DNA of 64,000 nucleotides. It comes from Camelus dromedarius. Taxonomy: Eukaryota. Shown in pieces: positions 11,431 through 25,630 of the stretch. The stretch covers positions 72,604,001-72,668,000 of the forward strand of contig NC_087436.1 of assembly GCF_036321535.1 (NCBI RefSeq). The letters run 5' to 3'. The notes beneath the pieces are model-generated. The model did not search any database. It was given only the letters and a program-made list of their open reading frames with translations, and had not been told where the DNA came from. Each line of letters opens with the position of its first letter. The stretch's first letter is position 1. The position numbers were made by a program, and so were the translations under genes.

Positions 11431-12229
11431 ATTAAAAATGTCACTGATAAATATGGTCTCTTTTTTTTTTTCTTTTTTCCATATTACATTAAAGGATTTC
11501 AAAGCAGTGACAGGTCTACAATATGTTTAAATATAAAGACATATGGCTTTAGTTTCAGAAAGCATTATATAAATTTATCATATTTTGTAGCCTACCATAG
11601 TGATGAATTTCTTTGAAATATAAGGAACTACATTAATCATGTAGGGGTTAGTATTTTTTAGAAGAATATTTTAAAGGGTATTTTTTAAAAGTATTTCTAA
11701 AATGAATAGCTGTCCCACAGAGAAATAACTTTTGAAAGGACGCATCAGCCAGAAGAATGTCCTGTGATTCCCTCAGCATCTGCCAACCAAGAGGCTTGGC
11801 TTTCCCAAGCCTTCAGAGCAGGAAACGGTCCTCTGAACCTCTGTCAGAGCAATGGCTTCCGAGGTTCGTGCTTCAACAATCTGTAGGGTGCTTTGCCCGT
11901 TTATTAGTTCCCTGGTCCACTTCATTAGCCTGTGGGTAGCGCAGGGAGGCAGAGCCATGACCATTTTCTGTGGAGGTAAACTAATTTGTCCAGGGTCACA
12001 GTGGTAGTAAGAGATGAACCTGGCATGAGAAACAAGGTCTTCCCATCCCCAATTCTACCACAGCTCTGGCCATGTCAGAGGCAGCAGAACAAACCATCAT
12101 GAGGAATTAGTCTGAGATTTAGTTTAGAATTTTGTGGGGAAGAAACAGAAATTCTTGTAAAATGAAATTCTTGGGATCTCACAGAACCATCAGATTGACT
12201 GTTCCATGTCTGAGAACCCAAAGGGTTAA

Positions 12230-12670
12230 TTAAGAAAAAAACGTCTTAAAACACTTTAGCCTCTTGGCTTCCAGGATGCCACACTCATCTGGCTTTTCAC
12301 CTGTTTTCAGTTGCATGCTGGATCTTCCTTAATATCTTCCATTCCCACCCCTGATTTGTAAATGCTAGAGGGCCCCCAGATCTCAGTCTTGGAAATTTTG
12401 TGCTCTACAGCCACTGTCTATTCCACACAGTCTTATGCCTTTAATTGTCATCAGTATACTGATCAGTCCTAGCCTTAATGTTTTTCCTGAGTCCCAAATT
12501 CATTATCCATCTACCCATCTAATATCTCCACTTGGATAGCCACTGGACATTAAAAGGTAACATGTTCAAAAACTTTTATTCCCCTCAAAATGTGTTCCTT
12601 CTACAACGTTCCCACTCAGTTAAATTCAACTTCATCCTTCTTGTATCTCAAGGCCAAAAACCTGGTCTTC
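12230..12670. mobile_element. L2 LINE remnant
   Basis: L2-like stretches (CTTGGCTTCCAGGATGCCACACTC; ATCTCCACTTGGATAGCC…AACATGTTCAAAA). Confidence 0.6.
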
Positions 12671-13188
12671 TGGAAGGTGCTGAAATGGCTCACTTTCAAG
12701 AGATTTCAGAGAGGATTTACCTTAAACTTTTTACAACAACAATGGAATCAGTCATTTTGAATACATTATGCAGAAAGAAAAAAAAATCCAGAAAACCAGA
12801 GTTAGATAGGATATTGCAATTTTTAAAGAAGAGGATATTGTAGGCACTGAATTTCACTTTGGTCAATTCTAGAACATATCTCTCCCTAAATGGTCACAAG
12901 ATATTATAAAACATAAGTGCTGTTTAATAGCCTCCACCATGGATTCATAAAGAGGGAGACATAAAACATGAATCTTAAAAAAAAAATCCTCTCTGGTAAC
13001 CAGCTAATGGTAACTGCCATCATATAAAACCAAACACAGGTACTACATTCATTTTATCTGAATTCAAAGAAATATTTGGAGAAAGTCACCCAAAAATTCC
13101 CCATAAGCCTCCAGTGCCATGCACCTAACAAGAAAATAAGCATGGGCTGGGCTAGTTTAATGCAGGTTTTGTTAATCGACCCATCACA

Positions 13189-13347
13189 TGCCAACACCTT
13201 AATGTTACCCAGTGCCAACACCTTGATTTTAGCCCAGGGAAGCCTCTGTCAAACTTCCGATCTACAGGACTGTAAGGTAATGCATTCTATTGGTTAGGCC
13301 ACTAGGTTTGTGGTAATTTGTTACAGCAGTAATGTAAATTGAATATA
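13189..13347 (+). mobile_element. MaLR MLT1-type LTR 3' fragment
   Basis: TGCCAACACCTTGATTTTAGCCCAG…GCCACTAGGTTTGTGGTAATTTGTTACAGCAG is typical of the MLT1 3' end. Confidence 0.75.
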
Positions 13348-14159
13348 ACTGGTGTTTGAGGAAAATTGAAATGAGATTATTTGAGAAGACTGATTGAGAG
13401 AAAAAGACTAGAGTCAGAGAGAGCAGCTGGTGGAGTGTTGTAATGACCTAGATGTAAACTGAAGAAAGCTTTGACTAAGGTTATGCCTGGGAGAACAGCG
13501 AGCAGGAGGAAAATTTTAGACACATCACAATGGGAGAACCCAAGTGTTTAGTGACTGGATATGAGAAATAAGAGAAAGTGAAGTGAGAAAGAATTCCGTT
13601 TGGGGAAAAAGGAAATTAATTTAGTTTAAATATGTTGAATATAAGAGCAGTGTATTTGTAGAAATAGCATGTTCAAGGTATTTGACAATACCTCAAAATT
13701 ATATGTACTATTTTACAGTTTACAAAACACTTTTACATCTATTAATTCTTTGTTTAAATGCATTCTCAGAGATGGAAGGTTGAGATGAAGAATTATATTA
13801 CCTACAAGAGAATATAGTTCCCAAAAGGTTGTGGTTTGCTCTGAGTCACAAAGCAAGTAAAGTCACAGAACTCATATATTATTTCAGGTCTCACAAGCCC
13901 CAAATTTCCATCTACTTAGAGCTGCCTCCTTGGTGTGGAACTTGAGGGTGTGGTATGAGCTAAAAATTTAACGGTGGGAACTCCCATCACAGGGACTACA
14001 CCTGATACCAGAGAAACATTTCAGGTTAAACACTTCAAAGGAATGAGGGTAGAGGAACAATGCCAAGAAAGCCAATGATTGACTCCAAGGAAGTGTCTTC
14101 ACTTAAGGAATTGGCAAAAAGAAAAGGAGCCTATGAAGGCAAAAGAGACACTTCACTAT

Positions 14160-15230
14160 TTCACTCATTCATTCAACAATTACTCACTGAAGTCTTAGTA
14201 TGTGTCTCACTGTTCTACATGCCGATAACAAGTGATTGTTGAGACAGATAATGCCTGGAATTTGTATTTTTAGTGGGAAAAGAAAGGAAGTAAATATATA
14301 CTACTAATAATAACAATATCAAACACTTATCCAGGGCTATTTACTGTGAAACTTTTAAAATGCAATAACTTGTTAAATCCTTGTAACAGCCCTATGAGCT
14401 ATATAGATACTTTTATAAGACTCATTTCTCAGGTGAGGAAACAGAAGCAGAGAGTAACTTGCCCAAGTTCTCATGGGAATTGATAAACTAAGTAATAAGT
14501 AAGGCATGATATACTCCAGTTTCAGGGCTGCTTTAGCCGGGGAGGCCAGGGAGGCATCTCTGTGGAGGTAATATATGAGAAGAGATGTAGAGAGATGGGG
14601 CAGACTCTACTACATGAACTTGTGGAGCCAAAGTCTTTTTGACCTGGAGCAGGAAATACAAGGACTCTAATGTTCAAAAGACAGAAAGATCAGCATGGCT
14701 GGAGCATGCTCAGTGAACAGTGGCAAGAGAAGTCAGAGAAGCCAGAGAGGGTAGAAAATTGAGGAGGTATAGGCTTTGGTAAGGTGTTAACTTTCTGTTA
14801 CAAATGTAACAAGTAATCAGAGGGTTGGGTATAGGGTGATGATAAAATTTGTATTTCCAAAAGGCCAGTCTATTTGCTCTGGGGAAAACAGACTAAAAGA
14901 GGGGCAAGGCAAGCCTAGAAGACAAGGTAGGGGGTTATTTTAATTATGCACTTAAATTGTAACATGGCTAGGACAAAGATGATAGTAGTGGAATGGTTGA
15001 ACTTGGGCTGTACTTAGAATGTACCTTATAGCAACAGGACTTGCTCATGGTTATAACCAGGAGAGTAACTGGGAGAATATAGTGGTATGAAAGTCAAGAT
15101 GAAAAAAATTGAAGATTTGAAGCAGTAGTCAACACTGTCTAGTATACAAGAAACCTAGGGAAAAAAAAAACTGAAGAAGAGGGAAAATGCCACTGGTTTG
15201 GACTTCTGAATGTCATGAAATTTGAAAGAG
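14160..15230. mobile_element. L2 remnant interrupted by a MIR (~14310-14470)
   Basis: CATTCATTCAACAA L2 end motif and purine-rich L2 body; MIR motif AGGTGAGGAAACAGAAGCAGAGAGTAACTTGCCCAAG. Confidence 0.55.
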
Positions 15231-15987
15231 TATTTTTAGTGGATGATGAAGGTGGAAGTTAGATTGCTCTAGATGAAAGGAGTTGGTGGTGGCTGCTGGG
15301 AGAGAATCCTTATCTAGGATCTTGACTGTGAAAGAGAATGGAAATGACAAGCTCTCAAGTGTTCAATAATCATATAAATTTTTTTATTTACCAGATCCTA
15401 TGCTTTTCTCTTTGGCCTCTTCTGTAATCATGAGAATCAATAGTTACAGTTGGCATCAGGGAGGAGCTTAAAATTATTGGTATAAAATGAAAGTTGGGGA
15501 TCACCAATGGGTTTCAGTTCTTCCAGTCGCCTCTGGCACTCATAGCACAGGTAACTGAGAGTTGGCTCTCATCCCGAGTTTCAGGAAAGGGACCAATGCA
15601 TGTGAGTCATGTGCTTACATAAGATGCAGTCTAGATTATAGTAGGAGAATCTGGCTGTGGAAATATAAATAAGCCCCTTATCACTGGGTAGGGCCTCTTT
15701 ATAAAACATGGGTTGGACTACCAACCAGAAAGCTTAACTGAAGAGCATACACTCAGCTGTACTGAGAATATATTCCCCCTCCAATGCATGTGATGGCTCC
15801 TGATCTGTTGGTTGTGTTGTATAACTCACAAATCATGAGTAGGCGATTTCAGGTTAATGGATACAATCATAGCTGACGTCTCAGAGGTAACAATCTGCTC
15901 TCTTTGACGTAACAAGACTGGGAAACTTAATAAGGGCTTGTAGTTGAAATAAAGTGCCACATTATAGCATTGTTTCTGCCTTTTACA

Positions 15988-16383
15988 TTTTTTAAAATTG
16001 AAGTATAGTTGAGTTACAAGTTGTGTTAATTTCTAGTGTACAGCATAGTGATTCAATTATAGGGGTTATTATACTAAATAAGTCAGACAGAAAAAGGCAA
16101 ATATCATATGATATCACTTATATGTGGAATCCAAAAAAATGACACAAATGAACTTATTTACAAAATAGAGACAAACTCACAGATCTAGAAAACAAACCTA
16201 TGGTTACCAGAGGGGAAAGGAAGTGGGGTGGGGAGGGATAAATTAAGAGTCTGGGATTGGCAGATACAAACTACTATACATAGACTAGATAAACAGCAGG
16301 GTCCCACTGTATAGCACGGGGAACTATATTCAAAAGCTTGCAATACCCTATAATGAAAAAGAATATAAAAAAGAAGAGATATG
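15988..16383 (-). mobile_element. L1 3'UTR insertion with internal inversion (twin priming)
   Basis: 15988-16061 is the extreme L1 3' end on the minus strand, and 16062-16383 is the adjacent upstream L1 segment on the plus strand. A degenerate TSD TCTGC(C)TTTTA lies at 15975-15985 and 16384-16393. Confidence 0.8.
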
Positions 16384-17127
16384 TCTGCTTTTAATTTGTG
16401 TTTCAAGTCCCCAACATTCAGTAGCCCCCATTGCACTAGTCCATAGCTTGGAACCCAATCTTCAGTAGTTTATATGCTGAATATATGTTTTCTGGCCATT
16501 TGTCATTCTGTGGCACTTAGTACAAGATTCAATGTTTATTACTAATATGGTAACATAAGTAATGATTCCTCATTGGGATCAATCTATGAGACTGACGTGC
16601 TACCTGCTGCGCTAACGAAGCACCTCATTAGGATCAATCTAGATTGTAAAAAAGCCCCAAACCAAGACTGTACGGACATAGTGTCTACCTCCTTAGGTAT
16701 CTCCCACACACACATGAAATACAGTTTTTTTAATAGCAATATGCATATAAAACTACAAATAAATACATCCAGAGTTGAATGACAAAGAAAAGATTTTTTA
16801 AAAATCACAGAAATAGTTTCTAAATCCAGGCCTATACTATCTGAAATTTAGGTCCTAAAAAACATGTAAGAAACTAACCTTGGAAATCGAATCACAAGAG
16901 AACTGAATTCCTTCAAGAGTCCTTGACATTGAGAAAATGCAAGTTTTATTATAAAATAAGTGTGCCTTTTTTAAACAGATTTTAATAAATCATATTGTAT
17001 TTTCTTATGTGGATGGGCAGCATTTAGTCTCAGGCTTGCTACTTTCACCAGGAAACAAATCCAACAGGCCATAGCCCTTTATAGCAGCCATAGATCTGTT
17101 TACTACGATGGTAAAAGGATTTCCTGG

Positions 17128-17529
17128 TGTTGAGTTACAAACTGGCCCCCATACAGGGAGGGCAAGGAGATACCAAAGAAAGTGGCAGACCACTCCAGAT
17201 TGGTAGCTGGCAGAATTAATAAGCAAGGGAATTTGCATATGAGGCTTGTCTTGGGAAGCAGTAAGATGGGTAAATCTCCAATACCACCCACCAGATTCTT
17301 AAAGCTTTATATAGAGGCCTGAAAAGGGTTCAGTTACATATACCTTGCAGATGGTCTCAATAACACGTTGTTTTCTCAAGGCTGTATCCTTACAAATGGC
17401 TCTCACAGTGGGATTGGTGGGCAGAACACACATTCCAAGGACATGGGAGGGGAGGAGGAGCCGCCAATTGCCCTGGTCAAGCTTGAGGGTCAACCAGTGA
17501 CCATGTCCTTTTGATGGCCTCCTCCAACA
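17128..17529 (-). mobile_element. Solo LTR (402 bp; 5-bp TSD suggests the ERVL/MaLR class)
   Basis: TGTTG…CAACA termini with a perfect TSD CCTGG at 17123-17127 and 17530-17534. Minus-strand TATAAA at 17306-17311 and a poly(A)-like ATTAAT at 17215-17220 set the orientation. Confidence 0.85.
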
Positions 17530-20500
17530 CCTGGGTATATATTCCACTAAAGGAAGAGTTTGGAGGTCACGTTGTAAATGTCACCCACCAACTTCAGCAG
17601 CAAGATCTTGTGTCATTGGGAAGAAGTTATAGTATGTACTAGGTGTGTATGTGTGTAATAAGAACAGAATTTCATTAAAATTTAAGGCTATGTATGCCTC
17701 TTTTTTAAGATGGGCTCTAGATTTGCAGCAAATCATTTAGTTTTATAACTAGTTTTTAATTACAGAATAATATGTCTGTTTTTAGCAAAATTTTAAAGTA
17801 CTATCAAGTAAAAATAACTTTAAAGTTACCCCTTTCCCCATTCCTTACAATTATCACATCTTGATTTATAGTTTTGTGACCTTTCATATGTATGGGTTTG
17901 GGACCATATTTATACACATAGAACTGGAGAAATTCTGGGTGTACTATTTTGCTTCTTGTTTTTAACCCTTAACAATGACAGTTATACATGCCATTAAATA
18001 TTATTCAATAGCATTTTAATGACTGCATAATCTCAAACCAAAGGTATATTATTGGATGTGTAAATTGTTTCTAATTTTCCAAACTTGTATACAAATTTTG
18101 ATGAATATCCCTGTAAAACCACCATTGTGCCTCTCCATAATTATTTCCTAGAATAAACACCCAAAAATAAAATTAGAGGGACAAAGTTAAGCCTATATAA
18201 ATTTTGCTTTTGATACAACTCTAAGGAATTATTTTTTAAGTCCCAGATGATAAAATAAAAGATACATTTTAATACCAAAAAAAGACATTAGCAAATTACT
18301 CAGTCATGAGTTAATCTATGAGCTTTTCATTCCACTTCCTCCATCATTCCTTCCTTCACTCTCTGCACAATTTGAGAGAAGCTCCAGCTATCTGGAATTC
18401 TGCCTCTAAATACATAGGTATTTATTTCCTAATAATAAGGATATTCTCTTACATCACCACAGTCAAGCTACCGAAGTCAGGAAATTTAACATTGATATAC
18501 TATCCTCTGATACTCATTACATTCAAATTTCCACAGGAGAGGAGCCAGAGAGTGCTATGAAGATATATAACAGAAGGACGTCAACTCTGGGAGAATCAGG
18601 GAAGAATCCCTGAGGAGGAAATGTTTAAACTGAGCCTGAGCACATTCTAGTTAAGGAGTGAAGGGAAGGAGTGAGGAGAGCAGTTTCCTGTCCAAATAGA
18701 AGGCGTTTGAGCAAAGACTGAGATGGGAGAGAACATGTCACATTTGAAGCCCCAGACAGATGCCTGCATCTAGACAGAGAGGAGGTGGATGGTGGGAGAT
18801 GGGACTAGTGAAGGGGGCAGGTTAGGTAGGGTCTTAAGGCCATATTAAAGATTAGGGACTGTCCTAAGAACAGTGACACACACCATCAAGTGTACTGCCT
18901 CACCCAACACATTTTTACAGGAGCCACTGCTCAAATCTATAACAAGGAAGCTGACTTTAAATCTCTTTATCCCCCTCTCAGGCTCCCAGACATGCTCCAA
19001 ATGAAGGGCTTTGGGTTGTCAGCTCAGACAACCAACAGGGCCCTAACTTGTGCCAACCTGTGGAAAGAAGAGAAAAAAATTCATTTAAAAAGAAGAGGAA
19101 AGAAGAGGGTTATCAACAGGCAAGGTAGATTTTCCAAGTTTCTGATAGTAGAATACATGACTTTTGTCTTCTCTTTATCCAAGTATCCTAAAATACTTTA
19201 CATTTTAGGTTTGTATTTGAGAGTCTAGTATTTCACAGATTTTCATTTTTCCTATGCCTGCAATTTTTTTTCAATGCCTGTAATTCATTTAGCTGCCAAG
19301 TAGTTTAATTGGTATGGAGTCACCTGAGGACAAATGAATAGTCTAAAATACAGCTGTAGAGTTTTTTCTCCAAATTATGTATTTACATCTATAACAATTA
19401 ATGTGATGGAAAAATTTAAAAACAGAAATATTAGTTATTTCAAATCATTTTTGTTTTCTACACTTTAAAATTAGTACAATTATCTCCCTTAACTTCTAGG
19501 AGAGTGGTGAGAATTACAAGGGATAACATATTCAATGGATATTCAGTACATGCTTGTCACTGTCCCTTGTACTGACAGAAGGACTATTCTCAGCAGAAGC
19601 CAAGGCTAACCATGAGGAGCTGACCCAATAAGTGTGTCTTTCATTTCCTCAGTCTGATTTGGAATGTGTCACTGCCAGGGTAACAGTAGAGTTGTACTTG
19701 AGGCCATGAACAGTTAGAGGATATGCAAGAGAGTTGAACAAAATCACCAGTGAATGTCATTCTGTTTTGGACTCCATTTTTCATCAAACTTGCTCTCTCT
19801 TTGCAGTCATGAATCCACACTAACTTGTCAGACTTTGTCCAGGTGGAGCTGAACTTAAAAAAAAAAATCTAGCAAAATAAACTGCCCTAGGCTATAATTC
19901 ATGTGATTCATTTGAACAGAAATGTGAAACTATTTGAAGGCATAAAGAAAATTTTATATTAAGTGATCTAAATAAAATGAATTAAATGTTGAAATATGAG
20001 TCAATTCTTTTCTCCAAAAGCACTAGAATTCTTGCTGACATCATTTATAGTCATTAGTCTTCCTGTAATTATTCCACCTTTTCCTTCACCTTGCATTCAC
20101 CCCTCTATTTTTCAGTATTTAAATCACATAGACTCTTTGAAGACAGTAAAAGCAACATACTATCATTTATGCTTTGAAATTAAGGTTGATAATTTTGCCT
20201 TTGATGGAAGGTATCTGAGTTTTTCAATAAACTTTCAATTTTGCAATTCTTTCTTTTTATTAAAAAAAGCTGCTGTAACACAGCAGAAATACCCATTTAT
20301 AGCAATGGTTCTGAGAAACTGATAATTCAAGAAATTTCCAAACTGCATCATGGGTTATTCAGCAGAAGTATTTGCAAACAAAGGATGGTTGACATAACAT
20401 AATGTCTTATTTTATCCATGTAAGATGTGCAAGGGGCAAATGCATTTCCTTCCCAGATGGTGGTTTGCATAGGTGGTGACATCTGTGTCGAAATGAACAC

Positions 20501-20809
20501 ACAGTCTTGCACGCGATTCATGCCCAGGCCTTTTCCATCAAAGAGTAATGACTAAGAGTGACCACACCAGCTCACAGGGCCAAGAATTTCAGAACAGTCT
20601 TCTTGCCCGCCCAGGCCCAACCTGTCATAGGTTCAGGGATAGAAAGCCTTTCTGGTCATCCTCATAATCACTTACAACTGGGAAAAACTAGTTAAACAGA
20701 GTAGTCTCTTCAACTGGATATTACTTAGTTATTACAGATGACCAGTGACAATAGCCAGTGACGAAACATATTTTTCCCACAATTAGATATAATTTTTTAT
20801 TATTCCCTA

Positions 20810-21145
20810 ACTCTGAGTTTATCAATCCCGGCTGCACATTACTAAAGAACTTGAAGTTTTGGTTTTGTTTTTTAAATTTTTATTTGTTTGTTTGTTTTCA
20901 GTATCTATGCCCAGGTCCTACTCCAGACAAATTCATCAGAATCTAATAAATTTATGGCTTGGTTCATAGAAGCTCCTTGTGGTATTTGCTTACATGTGAC
21001 ATAAGATTAAGAAGAATGGTTTCAACCAATGGGATCACTTGGTGTCCCACCCCCAGAGATTCAGACTTAGTTGGTCTGGGCTGTGCCTGAACATTGGGAG
21101 TTTGAGAACCCCAAAGGTGATTCTAATGTGCAACCAGGCCAAGAT
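20810..21145. mobile_element. MER5-type hAT-Charlie MITE remnants
   Basis: CCCACCCCCAGAGATTCAGACTTAGTTGGTCTGGG…AGGTGATTCTAATGTGCA is characteristic of MER5. Confidence 0.65.
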
Positions 21146-24100
21146 GATGATCTTATAAATTGCCTGCATCTTCTGTTAGAGATGTGTAGAAATATATGAA
21201 GAAGAAGCCTTCTAAGAACAGTGGTGCCACCATTTAATTTCTTTGTAAAGAACAGAGCCATTTATAACTATAATAATTTTTCACATTTATTTAGCATGCA
21301 GTACATTTCAGAGTGTTCCTCAAAGCATTGAATCATTTTAAGTTGGTATGAAAATATTTTTAAAATAACTTAAAAATACAAAGCTAATATCTGTCTAATA
21401 TTGCCTATAGTTTTCTACTTTGCATTATCAGTTATTTTAACTCATACTTAGCTCCTCTAATAAACTAAATGTTCCTTAAAGTTCACTTCCATGTCTTACT
21501 TATCTTAGTATTCCACACAACTGTTCAATAAATGTTTTTACTTGGTAAGTATTCAATAAAGTTCTCTTGAATAAATGATTGGATAATTCCATTTGCTTTG
21601 ATGAATACTAATCAGCACTTCTGTGTCCCCATTCTCTGGGGCTTCCAGACACTGTGAAACTTATGTTGCAGCTCCTATTTTCACGGTGCTTACACCCCAG
21701 GGAATGAATGAAATACTAAGATTTCAACTTCCAGGACTACTCTGTATGTCTGGCATCGATACTGACAGGCCACAGCAGAGCTCCCAACTGGCACAAGCCA
21801 ACAACTCAGAGACACATGCCTTTTCCTTTGCTTACAGTCAAGAATCAGCCTTTCTGGAATCCTTGCAATCCTTCTGTCACTTTAAATGAACAACGTCCTA
21901 TTACTCTGAGCTTCCTCACACAGGGGTCTTGAAGAGTACAACCAAAAAAAATGTATTAGCAATGCTTAGAACAGAAACCTGAAATCTTAACAGATGATGC
22001 AGATGCTTCCAGTTACCAACTAATCTATGTTTAATTTCCCCACTGGATGGACTATACCCGAGGCTTCTATTTGAGCTGGTGATTTACACCTGCAGTGTAT
22101 AAAACAGATATATGTGCCAAGGAGAATTCTTGGCATAAAAGCATTTAATATCCAATTAAAATAAAGTTAAAGGTATGCACGTGTAATGATCCAATTGAAA
22201 GCACCGAGGAGAATAAGGTGGCTTTTCCTTAGGTTGTGTGAAATTGAAGAAGGGATTAAGGAAGCCTCCAAAAGCCTGCTGATAATAAAGAGCCCCTATC
22301 CCAGACAGCTCTGGAGTCAGATACTAGTTTATAACTCTTCATCAAAGACTAAGTTCTGTACTTCCCTTTCAAGGGAAATGGCATCACCATCATCAAAGGG
22401 TGGGGACTATACATGATCTGAAGACAGGGGATTTGATAATCAGTCTCACTGGCCCTTTGGATTCCAAAACTGCCTTTGGGAAGGGAGAGGAGAAATGAAG
22501 AAAAATCATAAAAGCTCTCTTTTACTCAGAGTAGAAATTTACACCTGATTAACTAACACCTAGAGTGCAGGATGGGGTGGATAAAGTTTGGCCCCAAATA
22601 AATTTGCCTTCAGCTATTAAAATTCTGCTTTGAATTTTAGAATTCAGGGTCTTTGGATTTATAATCCAATGTCTTTTAGGAATGCTGGAAGGCCTAATGG
22701 AGCAATGGCAGGAATTCTGTTAAAAAACAAAAACACAAAAACCCTGAGCTTAACTTGGAGCCAAGGTAGTATTTAGTGCAAACAACTGACTAAATAAAGA
22801 CCATGATACTGGGACCTTGAGTGTAGAGGTGAGGTTGGGGAGAAGAGTTATTTGAGTTTTGAGTCCAAATATAAAAGTGATAAACACAGAAGGAAAAATA
22901 GTAGTCTACTTTCAAGTTCAACTTCCAACTAAAATTATTTATCATAATAACCATAATTATTTTAAAGAGCACCTTGAAAAAAATTCGCACAGAGAGTGGC
23001 AATTCATCTGCAGGTCAGAATCTTAGAGTCTCGTCTAAAATTAGTGTTTTCTTTGTTAATATCCCTTGTTGTGTTTACTATAAGTGCTAATCTCAGGTAT
23101 ATGCTTTCAAAAACAGTACCTGTCTCCCAGTCCCTTATTAATCTTTTGAAATGAAGTAATAAAAGAGCTAATTACCAAGGAAGGAAAAAAACCCTACATA
23201 TCCAAACAGCTGACCCATATTAGGGATCACTTTCCTTTTCTAAGGCAGAAGAGAGTGATGATCCAGTGGCTACTTTTAAAGACTGGAAACTGACTATATA
23301 CTGATATAACTGATATAATCTTTTGGCATGAAGCTGGTGTAGAAGAAGCTGGTTACTACCAAGTAATTAAGTGAGATGAAAATGTCAACTGATACTTGAC
23401 ATAAAGGCAAGAGATATTTTATTGAAAGCACATTTCTGTGCTGCAAATATTAATATTTAAAGGAAGATATATAGTTAAATCAATTTTCTATTATCCAGAA
23501 TTTTATTAAGCAGAATTCTCTATTAATTGGCACTTCTGACAATTTTCAGTTCATTAAGAGTTATTATTACCTCATTGGGGTATTAAAATATTGTGAAGAA
23601 TTATTTAAAGGCCAAGTATATTTGTATACTCTAATACAAAATAAACAATGCTTATGTAAATCGTGTTTGATACATCTTATAAACCATAACATTATTCCTT
23701 AGCTATCACAAATATTTTGTAAATAGCGTCTATTTGAAGATCCCCCCCACCAAGTTACATTAGTAGAAAAAGATTTGCCATTGTAGCCAATTAGAAAAGT
23801 GATTTACATAGAAGAAAAATTATTGTGTCATTAGTCTCATACTTCAAGTGACAATGAATTTGAACTCATCGGTTTCCCTTCTCCATCAATTTTCAGATAG
23901 TGAGTGGTTTTTCATTAAGGCTGGTTCTTCTTGGCTTGTTTGTCACTTTTGCCATTTGGGGAACAATGTTTTAGGCCCCCATTATTGAGTTCAAGCACAG
24001 AATGAGTTCAAGCACATGGTGAAAGTGATTACAAATTGTAGGAGTTGGGAGGTCTCAATCACTCAGAGGGATTCAAACGGCATTTTTTCAAAGCACAGTC

Positions 24101-24377
24101 CCTGGACCACTTGCATCAAGAAACCATCTGGGCTGTTTGTGGCATATGCGGCAAGTACCGCAACTGATTCGTACTCATGCTGAAGAATAAAAATATTTGC
24201 CTTAAAATGATTTATTTTTCCTAACTTTTAAAACCAAAATGTTATAAAACCTGGGAGTACTTAAACATTCAGACTTTTGCTGAGCTCTAAGCTCTGCCTA
24301 ATGTAAAACTGTCTCTGATGGAGCTGATCAATGGCCTGTTGTATAAAGCCTCTGGGAAGCTTTCCCAAAGTTACACT

Positions 24378-24456
24378 ATGATGATGATGGTGGTGATGAT
24401 GATGGTAGTGGTGGCAGTGATGATGATAATGAGGATGGTGGTGGTGGTGATGATGG
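24378..24456. repeat. Mixed (ATG/GTG)n trinucleotide repeat
   Basis: Directly visible; it explains the poly-Met/Val ORF 24318-24551. Confidence 0.9.
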
Positions 24457-24489
24457 AATCATTAATTTTGGCCAAAATTCTAGGCAATT

Positions 24490-25630
24490 GCTTGAAAATT
24501 TTAAAAGCAACACTTATCTCAGGATCTTTGCACTTACTATGTTCCCTTTGAAATGAACATTCTCTAGGTTTTAAATGGACTGCTTTTCATTTGTGCTAAA
24601 AAATCATCTTATTTGAGGGATCTTCCCTGACTACCTTAAATTGTTACTACCTTACCTTACTCTCTGTCCTCTCACTTGGATTTATTTTATTTAAAGGTAT
24701 TAATCGTGTTATGTATTTATTTGTTTACTTACGTTCTCTCTCCACTAGAATGTAAGATTGATGAGAGCAATGTCTTTGTGTGTTTTGTTCACTGCCCTCT
24801 TCCCAGTGCCTAAGATGGTAACTGGCACATGAGAAATCTTAATAAAAATTTGTTGGAAGTGGATGAGACAACATACATAGTTGTTAGTGAATCCCTTACC
24901 AAATATATGTTTTAAAGTGGTCTAAAGGGGACCTGGAATGTGAGTTTGTAAAACCCTAACTTACCCCATGCTTTCATGCTGCAGCAAAGTTGTCTACACA
25001 AAGAATGTGCTAAAGGTAAATTTATGTTCCAATGTTTTAAGACACTCCCCTAATAAACTAGTCTTCTTGCTTCCAATATTGCCACATTCTAGTTTATCTT
25101 CCAGGTGGAAGCCAGGGTGATCAGACTATATCATTCATCTGCTTAAAACCCTTCAACAGCAGCCTATTGTGTCCAGGATAAAAGACTCCTGCCCAGGCTT
25201 TGCATGGTCCAGCTTCATCTGAGTCCCAACCACTCTTTGCCTAATTGGCTCTTTCTTAGTACAAACTCTGCCAAACTGAATGCTATATCCATGCTGCCCC
25301 CTCTACCTGGACTGCCCCACTGCTCCTTGTCTTGGCAAGATCCTACTCATTCTTTACCTCTTAGGTGAACTGCCATTTTTTCTCAGAAGCCTTTCCTGAC
25401 TTTGCCATGTAAGTTAGTTCTTGTTGTATTTTCTGATAGCATCCTATGATTTTCTTCCATCATATTGATCATAATTCACATAGTTTTTGCTGGTATGATT
25501 TTTATTTTTAAAAACACTATTTCCACTAAGTTCTAAGTGGCATTTCACAAGATCTTTGTGTTCTTTTTGCACATCAGCTGTTGGCAGAACACAGTGGACT
25601 CTCAATCAAAACATGCTGAATGAATAAATG
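24490..25630 (+). mobile_element. Two L2 3'-end remnants
   Basis: CCACTAGAATGTAAGATTGATGAGAGCA…TTCACTGCCC…CCAGTGCCTA and TGCTGAATGAATAAATGAA termini. Confidence 0.6.

Noticed and set aside
24318..24551. Poly-Met/Val hydrophobic ORF
   Set aside because: It is an artefact of the (ATG/GTG)n repeat.
25290..25312. Reverse CTCF-like motif GCTGCCCCCTCTACC
   Set aside because: It lacks the conserved CC/CA half of the core and lies within an L2 remnant.
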